From Mobula hypostoma (lineage: Eukaryota): a DNA stretch of 64,000 bases. Below are positions 12,420 through 24,399 of this stretch, piece by piece. Made by a program: the position numbers and the translations under genes. Within the stretch, counting starts at the first letter, position 1; each line of letters opens with the position of its first letter. The stretch lies in the NCBI RefSeq assembly GCF_963921235.1, contig NC_086097.1:59708001-59772000 (forward strand). The letters run 5' to 3'. Under the pieces are notes generated by a model that saw only the letters and a program-made list of their open reading frames with translations, was not told the DNA's origin and ran no database searches.

Positions 12420-13030
12420 ATAAAGCCTGAAATACTGACATGTGATTGACTATTTTCTGTTGTAACAATGTTGTGGGATCATGACTTCAAGCTTATTCAA
12501 TTAATTTTATGTTATGACATACTCACTATCAAATATATTTCATTATCATATACAAGATACTTGGATCTCATGATCAATTCTGTAATTCGTTAAGATAATT
12601 ATCTTGTTTCCTACTATATAATTTAAAAAAACATTCCTTTTGCATTTGCATTTTATCTAAGTAAGAGATTTCCCTAGTTCGCCCTGTTTCAGATCTCATC
12701 TGATGGAGAAAATACCATTAATGACAGTATTGTTAAAAATTACAAGCCATTCATTATCAAGGGATTTTCAAGGAAGCTTTTTAAGTCAGCTGATTTAATA
12801 TCTGAACAGATCTTTTAAAGGTTATAAATTTCATTAAATCTCTAACTAACTAAATAAATAAATTAATTAAAACTCCTTGGCTGAATGCAACCATGGTATA
12901 TAGGTCCAAAGTAGATAGAAACAGCATTTTAATTACTAATAACAATACCATGACAGCTGAGCCAAGGCAACATCTTATGAATTTTTAAATAAACTTTTAC
13001 ATGTTCTACAGTATACTAATGATATTAATT
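12420..13030 (+). repeat. Copy B of the ancient inverted duplicated non-coding segment
   Basis: Shared blocks with copy A: ttatt-aattaat, tcattat-ata--caagata, ATTTGCAT, ccattaatga..attgttaaa-attacaagc-attcattat, ttttaagtca, aatttcattaa, catgaca-ctgagccaaggca. Confidence 0.8.
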
Positions 13031-13678
13031 ATTTGTTTTTTTTTCTCAAAATAGTGCTTGGTTATCATTTTATTAAAATTGGCCATCAATCTCTTGTTTC
13101 CTGTAACTGAACCAAATTCGGACTCAATTTACCACCCTCCTTTAGATCTTGTGGTCTTTTACTCTAGCCTACTATATTGAATCTAATCAACAACCTTACT
13201 AAAATCTTATTGTTACCTGAAAGATTACATCATCAGTCAGTTTCACTCTTTTCTTAAGGAATGCTTCCATATTTATTCTCTTCCTCAGTATTTTCATTTC
13301 GTATCTCATATTGGAATGTCCTTCTTTACCTTATTCCTAAATTCACCACATTTTCTTTGGTCTTTTCCTAAAGTATGTCAGCACCTTGAATACATTCATC
13401 CCTTCACAGACAAGTTTGTCCTTTCCTCTGTTTGTTCACCATGCTCTTCTTTTTCACAGATATCCTTCAAATCAATTGGCTATATGCCCGTAATTTGCCC
13501 ACTGTATTCTATCTCTTGCACATTGATTTTTAAAATTAGCTATCTTCTCTTACTTAAGATGCACATTTTTATTTCTTTACCGTTCTGTCATTTTGATCTT
13601 TGTACTTATCACTTTGTACTTTGTACACATTATCATTCACTTTCCTGTTCAGACATCTCTTTGTTGATAAACATAAGC

Positions 13679-14149
13679 AGTAACCTGGGTATCAACACTG
13701 TAGGGTTCTCAGTAATATTAATTTTAATGTTAACTATGAGGTAATGTTCTCCGTAGCTGAAATGTTTGAGTTATAGTTACAGATAACGGAGGAACTAAAC
13801 AATGGAAGCTATGTTACTCTATCTATATGTGTGGGAACCAGAGTCAGTGCGCGGATTTTCTCGGGAAGAGAACCAAAGAGGAAGGACATGTTGGACACGC
13901 AAGTGGTTGAACTCTGATAAGTTTGGTGCCTTTTATTTTCCTTTTATATTGTATCTCTATTAATTACATAATTCCAGTAAAATTTATAAAATGTAATCTG
14001 TAAATCGTACATTGAGTGCTGTCCGATATTTTATGTGTGAATTTGTACCAGGGTACATTACACAGCAAGTACGCAAATGAGAGACATGGTTTGGTGGGCG
14101 GATGGAGTTTCCCCTAGACAAACATGAGCTGATAACCCTGAGCGTTACA
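13679..14149 (+). mobile_element. 5' LTR of Gypsy element
   Basis: Ends gttaca at 14149 (start agtaac, probably a mutated tgtaac); followed by a PBS; homologous to the solo LTR at 30279-30946. Confidence 0.75.
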
Positions 14150-14153
14150 TTTT

Positions 14154-14170
14154 TGGGGCTCATATGGGAT
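14154..14170 (+). promoter_or_regulatory. Degenerate tRNA-Pro primer binding site
   Basis: tggggctcatatgggat vs canonical TGGGGGCTCGTCCGGGAT, directly after the LTR. Confidence 0.7.
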
Positions 14171-14218
14171 TGAATTCTGTAGATGCTGCGTTATCACTCT
14201 GTTTAAAGTACAGTTGTC

Positions 14219-15635
14219 ATGGAGACAGCCTTTCAGCAATGGTGTGCGTCTGCAGGGGTGCCAGTAAGCAATGCATGCGTGTTGAGGGAGGTGGAGACTA
14301 ATGTATTGGATGAAGTGATACTCCAAGGTTTGAGTACAGTTATGGCTATTGGCAAAGTGGATATTGTATCGTGGAGCTTTGATTTTGAGTTGGACACAGG
14401 CCTGGTATTGGTGCAGACAGGCGAGATTTACGAGGGGCGGAGTTGCCGGAGAGGGTCGGTGTCCTAGGGGAGGAGGGATCATGGAGTCTGAAAATTGTCT
14501 TAGAGGGAGGGGTCGAAGCTCAATGAGCTGAGTCGCTAGCAGAGGGTGGAGGAGATCTTAGGGAAGGAATTCTTTCGGTACTGGAGGATGAAGGGAAGGA
14601 TTGCTCAGATTTGGAAATATTGGTTATTTCCCGCCCTTCAGCGAAAGGCGAGGGTTCCGAGTTGGCATCTGCTATTATCTCCTTGGCGAGAAAGGCAGAG
14701 GGGCCCCGGCAGAGGATAAGAACTTTCTTTGGGATAACATCAACCCCTGAAGGGGAAGATTATGAGACATGGATAGAGCAAATGACACAGTTGTTAAGTG
14801 AGTGGCAGTGCTCGGATGAGGAAAAACGACAGCGATTGGTTGAAAGTTTGCAGGGAGTGGCAGCTGGGGTAGTGTGCGGGGTGAGGGATAACCAGCCCGC
14901 TGTCACTCTGAAGGATTATCTGGAGGCTTTTGGAGAGTGCTTTTGGGTTGACCGGGAGCTCCTTGGGGTGTTTCAAAACATGCGTCAGGAACAGGGTGAG
15001 AAGCTCTCCACGTACCCCTTTCGGCTAGAGTGACGGCTTGGGGGTCTGCGGCGCTGAGGGGGAGGATCATTCCGGCTGAACGGGTGGATTAGTTAAGGAT
15101 CGATCAGGTAGTTAGGGGTGCCCAAGCTGAGGACAAGATTGCTTGGAGTGTCTGGCAGTCCTATAAAACGCGCCCTCCTCCGACGTTCATTCAGTTGATC
15201 AGAGATGTGAGGGGGGATGAAAACACGTTGAGGCTGCGGGAGGACTCTGTCAGTGGGGTGAAATTCTCAGGTGTAGCCCCTGGCGGTGAAGTGAGCGGAG
15301 CCGGCCCCACCCGAAAATTGATAAAGGAGGCGGTGGCTGTACTGAAAACAGAGGGGTCGGTAGACAGAGACCCCCCCACCCCCAGGAGACGGACAGCGCA
15401 AGGGGCAGTGAATGGTGGGGGGTCCGCGAGAAGAGGGGTGGCCAGTAGCGTGTGCTATAACTGCAGGAAAGAGGGACATTTTTGGAGAGAATGTGAGTGG
15501 CAGGGGGTGTGCTATAACTGTGGGGAAGAGGGCCACTTCCAGCGGGAATGTGAGCAGCAGGGAGCCCCTCGGAGGGGGAGTCCCCGGGCATCCAAGCAGG
15601 GAGAGGTGTCGGGAAACTTAGAGGACACCCAGTGA
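14219..15635 (+). pseudogene. Gypsy gag, PNMA/Ma-antigen-like, disrupted
   Basis: PNMA-N-like METAFQQWCASAGV..; capsid RIRTFFG..PEGEDYETWIEQ..EWQCSDEEKRQRLVESL; two CCHC knuckles CYNCRKEGHFWREC and CYNCGEEGHFQREC; split by stops and frameshifts. Confidence 0.9.
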
Positions 15636-15672
15636 GTGAACGACCTGGTGTCTCTAGGGGAACACATTCCCA
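15611..15672 (+). promoter_or_regulatory. -1 ribosomal frameshift signal (G GGA AAC plus downstream stem/pseudoknot)
   Basis: Heptamer 15611-15617 is in gag codon phase (TCG GGA AAC); the -1 frame leads to the protease; tagaggacacccag / ctggtgtctcta can form a stem. Confidence 0.75.
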
Positions 15673-16875
15673 GCGATGTACCAAGGAACCCCCAAAAGCG
15701 AAAGACCCCATTCCAGAAGGATTAGTGGGACCCTGATCCAGCGTGTCGCTACGGATAGAGGGAATCTCTGCTAAAGCCATTCTCGACACCCGGTCGCAGG
15801 TCACGTTTCTATACCGCTCGTTTTACAACCAGTATTTAAAGCATTTGCCCATGACCCCATTCAGTGTACTGGAGACTTGGGGCGTCAGTGCGGGTGATTA
15901 TCCATATGATGGGTGTTTATCAGTGAGACTGGAGTTTTCAGAAGCCGATGTGGGAGTGTCTGAAGTTCTGGAGACGTTAGTGCTGGTTTGTCCGGACCTG
16001 GTTGAGACAGGGAGGTGCTTCAATTCTGGTGGGGACCAACGCCCCTGTGGTGCGGAGGCTCACGGGGCCTGCCAGGAAAAGACGGGTGAGAACTTTTTGG
16101 AGACCCAGGCTGTGCACCCAGTGTTTCGAGCTGCTTTTGAGGCAGTGTGGAGCCACGCTGGGCTGGATGCTGAATGTAAGCGAGGGACTGTGTAGTGCAC
16201 CCAGTTGAAGCCTAAAGTAATAAGGCCCGGGGAAGTAACGAGGGTGATGGGAATCCCCAGATTTCCCAGCCTGCTTGATGGCGAGGACCTTTTAGTGGAC
16301 GCCCCCGAAGACCTCGAGGGGGAGTCACGATTTCCAGCTGGGGTGCTGGTGAGGCCTGAAGTGCTGGTGAACAGGATGGCTGTGATTGTCAGGAACACCA
16401 CAACGAGAGAAATCACCTTTAAGAGAGGGCTGCCGCTGGCGCATTTGTTCCCGGTGACTGTAATGTCGAGTGCCCCCGTGAGGCCTGCTGTGGGGGGACG
16501 ATTGGAAAACAGAGGAAAGCTGACTGCTGAAGCCTTTAACTTTGGGGACTCGCCGGTGCCGCCGAGCTGGAAGAAAAGGCTGGTGGAGAAGATGTTGAAG
16601 CTGGAAGATGTTTTTTCTCTTGGCGAGTTCAATGTGGGTTGTTCCAAGAGCACTCGCCACACCATCCGGGTGACTGAGGACACACCGTTCAGAGAAAGGT
16701 ATCAGCGACTGGTCCTGCAGATGTGGAAGATGTATGCCACCACCTGCATAAGTTAAAGGAAGCTGGGATCATCTCTGAATCCCGAAGCTGTTATGCGTCT
16801 CCAATAGTAGTGGCCCGGAAGAAGAACGACAAGGTATGCATGTGTGTGGACTATAGGACTCTGAACCAATGCACT
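15611..16875 (+). pseudogene. Gypsy pol 5' part (aspartic protease, start of RT), truncated
   Basis: AILDTRSQVT protease motif; HTIRVTEDTPFRER; YASPIVVARKKNDKVCMCVDYRTLN at the RT start; ends abruptly at the CR1 junction. Confidence 0.9.
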
Positions 16876-19800
16876 GAATGCGGATCATTCGGGAGAATGA
16901 GGAGATTATAGATAGTAGCTACAGGGAGGTAGTTACGCCAAAGGAGCAGAGCACAGGAAATTGGGTCACTGTCAGGCGAGGGAAAAGGAAAGGGCAGGCA
17001 GAGCAAGGTTCTCCTGTGGCCATTCCCCTCAACAACAAGTATACTGCATTGGATACTGTTGGGGGGGCTGACTTAACTGGGACAAGCTGCAGTAGCCGGA
17101 TCTCTGGCACTGAGTCTGGCTCTGCAGTGCAGAAGGGAAGGTGGAAAAAGAGGAGAGCGGTAGTGATAGGGGACTCGATAGTTAGAGGTACAGATAGGAG
17201 GTTCTGTGGTCCTGACAGAGAATCCAGGATGGTTTGTTGCCTCCCGGGTGCCAGGGTCAAGGATGTCTCTGATCGATTGCATGACATTCTGAAGTGGGAG
17301 GGTGATCAGCCAGATGTCGTGGTGCACATCGGTACCAATGACATAGCAAGGAAGAGTGAGGAGGTCCTGGAGAGTGAGTATAGAGAGCTTGGTAGGAAGT
17401 TGAAAAGCAGGACCTCGAGGGTGGTAATCTCAGGATTGCTACCTGTGCTACGTGCCAGTGAGGGTAGGAATAGGATGCTCTGGAGGATGAACAAGTGACT
17501 AAGGAACTGGTGTAGGGGGCAGGGTTTCAGATTTCAGGATCATTGGGACCTCTTCTGGGGCAGGTGGGACCTATACAAGAGAGACGGGTTACACTTGAAC
17601 TACAGGGGGACCAATATCCTTTCAGGGAGGTTGTTAGTGCTATTGGGGAGGCTTTGAACTAGATTTGCAGGGGGATGGGAACCAGAGTGCCAGAGCTGAC
17701 AGTGTGGCTGGGGTGAAAATAAATGATGTTGAAAGTTTAAGCAAATCCGCTGATAGAAAGGTTGTGAGTGGTGGTAAAAATCTTCTGAGGTGTATATATT
17801 TCAATGCTAGGAGTATTGCGGGGAAGGCGGATGAGTTGAGGGCGTGGATTGACACGTGGAATTATGACGTTATAGCAATTAGTGAAACTTGGCTACAGGA
17901 GGGGCAGGACTGGCAGCTTAATATTCCAGGGTTCTGATGTTTCAGATGTGATCGAGGCAGAGGAATGAAAGGTGGGGGAGTAGCATTGCTTATTAGGGAA
18001 AATATTACAGCAGTGCTCAGGCAAGACAGATTAGAGGGCTTGTCTACTGAGTCCTTATGGGTGGAGCTGAGAAACAGGAAAGGTATGGCCACATTAGTGG
18101 GATTGTATTACAGACCACCCAATAGTCAACGAGACTTGGAAGAGCAAATCTGCAGAGAGATAGAAGGCAACTGCAGGAAACATAAAGTTGTGGTGGTAGG
18201 GGATTTTAATTTTCCAGACATTGATTGGGACTCCCATACTGTTAGGGGTCTAGATGGTTTAGAGTTTGTAAAATGTGTTCAGGAAAGTTTTCTAAATCAA
18301 TATATAGAGGAACCAACTAGAGGGGATGCAATATTGGATCTCCTGTTAGGTAACGAATTAGGGCAAGTGACAGAAGTCTGTGTAGGGGAGCACTTTGGTT
18401 CCAGTGATCATAACACCATTAGTTTCAACTTGATCATGGACAAGGATAGATCTGGTCCTAGGGTTGAGGTTCTGAACTGGAAGAAGGCCAAATTTGAAGA
18501 AATGAGCAAGGATTTAAAAAGCGTGGATTGGGACAGGTTGTTCTCTGGCAAAGATGTGATCGGTAGGTGGGAAGCCTTCAAAGGAGAAAGTTTGAGAGTG
18601 CAGAATTTGTATGTACCTGTCAGGATTAAAGGCAAAGTGAATAAGAATAAGGAATCTTGGTTCTCAAGGGATATTGCAACTCTGATAAAGAAGAAGAGGG
18701 AGTTGTATGAAATGTATAGGAAACAGGGGGTAAATCAGGTGCTTGAGGAGTATAAGAAGTGCAAGAAAATACTTAAGAAAGTAATCAGGAGGGCTAAAAG
18801 AAGACATGAGGTTGCCTTGGCAGTCAAAGTGAAGGATAATCCAAAGAGCTTTTACAGGTATATTAAGAGCAAAAGGATTGTAAGGGATAAAATTTGTCCT
18901 CCTGAAGATCAGTGTGGTCGGCTATGTGCGGAACCAAAGGAAATGGGAGAGATCTTAAATAGGTTCTTTGCGTCTGTATTTACTAAGGAAACTGGCATGA
19001 AGTCTATGGTTTAAGGGAAACAAGTAGTGAGATCATGGAAACTGTATAGATCGAAAAGGAAGAGGTCGTTGCTGTCTTGAGGAATATTAAAGTGGATAAA
19101 CCCCCAGGACCTGACAGGGTGTTCCCTCAGACCCTGAAGGAGACTGGTGTTGAAATTGCGGGGGCCCTGGCAGAAACATTTAAAATGCCGCTGTCTACAG
19201 GTGAGGTGCCAGAGGATTGGAGAGGGGCTCATGCTGTTCCGTTGTTAAAAAAAAGGATCGAAAAGTAATCCGGGAAATTATAGGCCAGTAAGTTTAACGT
19301 TGGTAGTCGGTAAGTTATTGGAGGGAGTACTAAGAGACAGAATCTATAAGCACTTGGATAGACAGGGACTTATTAGAGAGAGTCAACATGGCTTTGTGCA
19401 TGGTAGGTCATGTTTGACCAATCTACTGGAGTTTTCCGAGGAGGTTACCAGGAAAGTGGATGAAGGGAAAGCAGTGGATATTGCCTACATGGACTTCAAT
19501 AAGGCCTTTGACAAGGTCCCACATGGGAGGTTAGTTAGGAAAATTCAGTCGCTAGGTACACATGGAGAGGTGGTAAATTGGATTAGACATTGGCTCAATG
19601 GAAGAAGCCAACGAGTGGTCGTAGAGAATTGCTTCTCCGAGTGGAGGCCTGTGACTAGTGGTGTGCCACAGGGATCAGTGCTGGGTCCATTGTTATTTGT
19701 CATCTATATCAATGATCTGGATGATAATGTGGTAAATTAGATCAGCATATTTGCTGATGATACAAAAACTGGAGGTGTAATAGACAGTGAGGAAGGTTTT

Positions 19801-20650
19801 CAGAGCCTGCAGAGGGACTTGGACCAGCTGGAAAAATGGGCTGAAAAATGGCAGATGGAGTTTAATACAGACAAGTGTGAGGTATTGCACGTTGGAAGGA
19901 CAATCGAAGGTAGGGTTAATGGTAAGGCACTGAGGAGTGCAGTGGAACAGAGGGATCTGGGAAAACAAATACAAAATTCCCTAAAAGTGGCGTCACAGGT
20001 AGATAGGGTCATAAAGAGAGCTTTTGGTACATTGGCCTTTATTAATCAAAGTATTGAGTATAAGAGCTGGAATGTTATGATGAGGTTGTATAAGGCATTG
20101 GTGAGGCCGAATATGGAGTATTGTTCAGTTTTGGTCACCAAATTACAGGAAGGATATAAATAAGGTTGAAAGAGTGCAGAGAAGGTTTACAAGGATGTTG
20201 CTGGGACTTGAGAAACTCAGTTACAGAGAAAGGTTGAATAGGTTAGGACTTTATTCCCTGGAGCATAGAAGAATGAGGGGAGATTTGATTGAAGTATATA
20301 AAGTAATGATGGGTGTAGATAGAGTGAATGAAAGCAGGCTTTTTCCACTGAGGCAAGGGGAGAAAAAAAAGAGGACATGGGTTAAGGGTGAGGGGGGAAA
20401 AGTTTAAAGGGAACATTAGGGGGGGCTTCTTCACACAGAGAGTGGTGGGAGTATGGAATGAGCTGCAAGATGAGGTGGTAAATGCGGGTTCTTTTTTAAC
20501 ATTTAAGAATAAATTGGACAGATACATGGATAGGAGGTGTATGGAGGGATATGGTCTGTGTGCAGGTCAGTGGGACTGGGCAGAAAATGGTTCGGCACAG
20601 CCAAGAAGGGCCAAAAGGCCAGTTTCTGTGCTGTAGTTTCTATGGTTTCT
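16876..20650 (+). mobile_element. Near full-length CR1 LINE (5'-truncated SGNH ORF1; ORF2 endonuclease-RT with stops and frameshifts)
   Basis: VIGDSIVR..VVVHIGTNDI (SGNH esterase); YFNARS, SETW, GDFN, SDH (APE); [25 protein letters not shown] (RT); tail tttctatggtttct. Confidence 0.95.
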
Positions 20651-20929
20651 TTTCCTTAATTAGCTCACAAGTGTATTGGTGGATTACAAATAATGGTATA
20701 TTTTATAATCAATGTTTATCTTTGTTGAGATATGGCAACAGCATGTTGGTGGGGGGTGTTAAGAAGAGCATATGCACCTTGCAAGAGTTGACTTTAAAGC
20801 TCATCTTCTTCCCCTTGATTGCTTCAGTGAATGAGTGGATGATAACCTAGTGATAAGCCTCCAGACATGCAGATACAAGCATTGCCTATGCAGAGCAGTT
20901 CAACTAATACGATTAGGGCAATTTTTTTT

Positions 20930-21562
20930 TAGGTTAGATTAAAAGGACACTCAGTACTCGTTTATTGTCATTTAGAAATGTATGATTTTAAAATGATACA
21001 ATGTTCCTCCAGAAAGATATCACAGAAACACAGGACAAACCAAGACTAAAACTGACAAAACCACATTATTATAACATATAGTTACAACAGTGCAAAGCAA
21101 TACCGTAATTTAATAAAGAACAGACCATGGGCACAGTAAAAAAAAATCTCAAGTCCCGATAGCCCCATCATCTCACACAGATTGTAGAAGGGAGAAACTC
21201 TCCCTGCCATGAACTCCAAGCACCGCAAACTTGCTAATGCATTGGAAGCACCCGACCACAGCCGACTCTGAGTCCGTTCGAAAACTTCGAGCCTCTGTCA
21301 CCGAGCACTGAGCACCATCTCTGTTAAGCGCTTCGACCCCGCGCCGGCTGCCAAACACCAAGCAAGGCCCAGGAGCTGGATCACACAGTAGCAGCAGCAA
21401 CGAAGCAGGCATTTCAGAAGTTTCACAGATGTTCCTCCGTGTTCTCACGTCTGTCTCTATCAAATCAGGATTGTGCACGGCACCCTACTTGACAGATAAC
21501 AGACATCACCACCGGGGTGGCCGCTGTGAGCTGTGTCGTGCCGCCATCTTCTCCTCCCGCCC
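20930..21562 (-). mobile_element. Non-autonomous LINE-derived retroelement, copy 1
   Basis: Minus 5' end ggagaagatggcggc, 3' end tgacaataaa plus short-repeat tail; colinear homolog at 60798-61420. Confidence 0.7.
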
Positions 21563-21579
21563 TGAAGTGCAGGAACTGC

Positions 21580-22000
21580 AGAACATAACAGAGATCATTA
21601 CAGCACATTGCAAGTCTTTTGACCCAAAATGTTGTGCTGACGTTTTAATCTACTCTAGGATCAATCTAACTCTTCCCTTCTACATATCCCTCCATTCTTC
21701 TATCATCTATGTGCCTTTCTAAGAATTTCCTAAATGTGCCTAATGTGTCTACCTCTACCACCACCCCGGCTAGGCATTTCACACACCCACCACTCTATGT
21801 AAAACATTTAGCTCCCTCTCTTATACTTCTCTCTGGTCACCTTAAAATTATGCTCCATGGTATTAGCCATTTCTCCCCGGGAAAAAATCTCTGGCTATTC
21901 ACCCAACTTGTGCCTCTTATCTTGTATACCTCTATTTAGTCATTTCTCATCCTCTTTCGATCCAAAGAGAAAAGGTCTAGCTTATTCAACCAATCACTTT
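21580..22000 (-). mobile_element. CR1 3' fragment
   Basis: Antisense of LFSL..RR..YKI and CR1-type 3' UTR. Confidence 0.65.
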
Positions 22001-22099
22001 GTTCAAACTGTTCAACTTTATGTTTGATTATTTCTCTCTCGCCACACTTAAGCAGGAAACATGATAGAGATATGGTGTAGCATTGTGGCAGGTAAGATC

Positions 22100-23660
22100 T
22101 CATAGTCATAGTCATACTTTATTGATTCCGAGGGAAATTGGTTTTCATTACAGTTGCATCGTAAATAATTAAATAGTAATAAAACCATAAATAATTAAAT
22201 AGTAGTATGTAAATTATGCTAGGAAATAAGTCTAGGACCAGCCTATTGGCTCAGGGTTTTTGACCCTCCAAGGGAGGAGTTGTAAAGTTTGATGGCCACA
22301 GGCAGGAATGACTTCCTATGACGCTCTGTGCTGCATCTCGGTGGGATGAGTCTCTGGCTGAATGTACTCCTGTGCCCACCCAGTACATTATGTAGTGGAT
22401 GGGAGACATTGACCAAGATGGCATGCAACTTGTACAGCATTCTCTTTTCAGACACCACCGTGAGAAAGTCCAGTTCCATCCCCACAACATCACTGGCCTT
22501 ACGAATGAGTTTGTTGATCCTGTTAGTGTCTGCTACCCTCAGCCTGCTGCCCCAGCACACAACAGCAAACATGATAGCACTGGCCACCACAGACACGTAG
22601 AACATCCTCAGCATCGTCCAACAGATGTTAAGGGACCTCAGTCTCCTCAGGAAATAGAGATGGCTCTGACCCTTCTTGTAGACAGCCTCAGTGTTCTTTG
22701 ACCAATCTAGTTTATTGTCTATTCGTATCCCCAGGTATTTGTAATCCTCCACCATGTCCACACTGACCCCCTGGATGGAAACAGGGGTCACCTGTCCCTT
22801 AGCCCTCCTCAGGTCTACCACCAGCTCCTTAGCCTTTTTCACATTACGCTGCAGATAATTCTGCTCACACCATGTGACGAAGTTTCCTACCGTAGCCCTG
22901 TACTCAGCCTCATCTCCCTTGCTGATGCATCCAACTATGGCAGAGTCATCCGAAAACTTCTGAAAATGACAAGACTGTGCAGTAGTTGAAGTCCGAGTTG
23001 TAAATGGTGAAGAGAAAGGGAGACAAGACAGTCCCCTGTGGAGCCCCAGTGCTGCTGATCACTCTGTCGGACACACATGTTGCAAGCACACGTACTGTGG
23101 TCTGCCAGTCAGGTAATCAAGAATCCATGACACCAGGGAAGCATCCACCTGCATCGCTGTCAGCTTCTCCCCCAGCAGAGCAGGGCGGATGGTGTTGAAT
23201 GCACTGGAGAAGTCAAAAAACATGACCCTCACAGTGCTCACTGGCTTATCCAGGTGGGCATAAACACGGTTCAGCAGGTAGACAATGGCATCCTCAACTC
23301 CTAGTCGGGGCTGGTAGGTGAACTGGAGGGGATCTAAGTGTGGCCTGACCATAGGCCGGAGCAGCTCCAGAACAAGTTTCTCTAGGGTCTTCATGATGTG
23401 GGAGGTCAATGCCACCGTTCTGTAGTCATTGAGGCTGCTGGGGCGCGGCGTCTTCGGCACAGGGACAAGGCAGGACATCTTCCACCACACAGGAACCCTC
23501 TGGACACTCAGGTTCAGGTTGAAGACGTGGTGAAGTACTCCACATAGCTGAGGGGCACAGGCTTTGAGCACCCTGGTACTTTGAGCACATCTGGTGCTGC
23601 AGCTTTGCTTGGGCTGAGACGTTTTAACTGTCTTCTCACCTGTTCAGCTGTGAAGCCTCA
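22100..23660 (-). mobile_element. 5'-truncated Rex1/Babar LINE
   Basis: RT motifs LNDYRTVALTSHIMK, VRVMFFDFSSAFNTI, YKYLG..LDWSKNTEAVYKKGQSHLYFLRRLRS; tail (catagt)n on +. Confidence 0.92.
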
Positions 23661-24399
23661 TCATATTTTAGGCTTATAAGATTTTGGGGACGTTGAATTT
23701 ACATTTTGTTTAAAGTGGCTATTAAGATTCTTTATGAATAAGTATTAAGCCACAATTAAATAATAATAACTTAATTATAAATCACTTTTCATACAAGCAA
23801 TGTAGTTCAGAGTACTTTAGAGTGGGATAAAGTGCAAACATGAAATAAAAGATAAAAAGATGTTAGTTAAAAGCAAGGTTAAATAAATAGGTCTTGAGCT
23901 GATGTTTAAAAGTGTCAACTGAGTCTGCATCCCTTGAGTTCCACAGTTGATTTTAAAAAAAGCTGACATGCCAATTTTCTTTTGAGGGAGATCATTTAAA
24001 TTTTAGAGACTGGCGGAAGAGTAATGGATGAAAAAATATGATGCTGGAAATCTAAAATAGAAAGGAGAAAACGTCATTTAAAAAAAACATTGTTAATGTT
24101 TCATTCTGATGGCCTTTCATCAAATTAATAGATAATTTGGTTTTATTCTTTCAGTCTGACTGCTTTCTCTGGGTTAACCTAAATTTCATATTGTTATTTT
24201 TACTCCTCTGTGTTACCAACATTCCAATTTCTTCAAGTTTGTTTAAATCCAATATTTAACACAAAACGAATAAGCATAAGTAGTAACCTTGAATTTACAG
24301 TGAATATTACCATTTCAGGGTGATATTCATTGAATAATCAGATCGTATCTTAATTTTAATTTCCAACAAATGTGTAAATTGTGTGTCAAACAATTGATA

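Noticed and set aside
14219..15635. Domesticated PNMA host gene
   Set aside because: Has stops and frameshifts and sits in an LTR-PBS-gag-pol context.
15250..16683. Long minus-strand ORFs (184 and 207 aa)
   Set aside because: Antisense shadows of the GC-rich Gypsy gag/pol.
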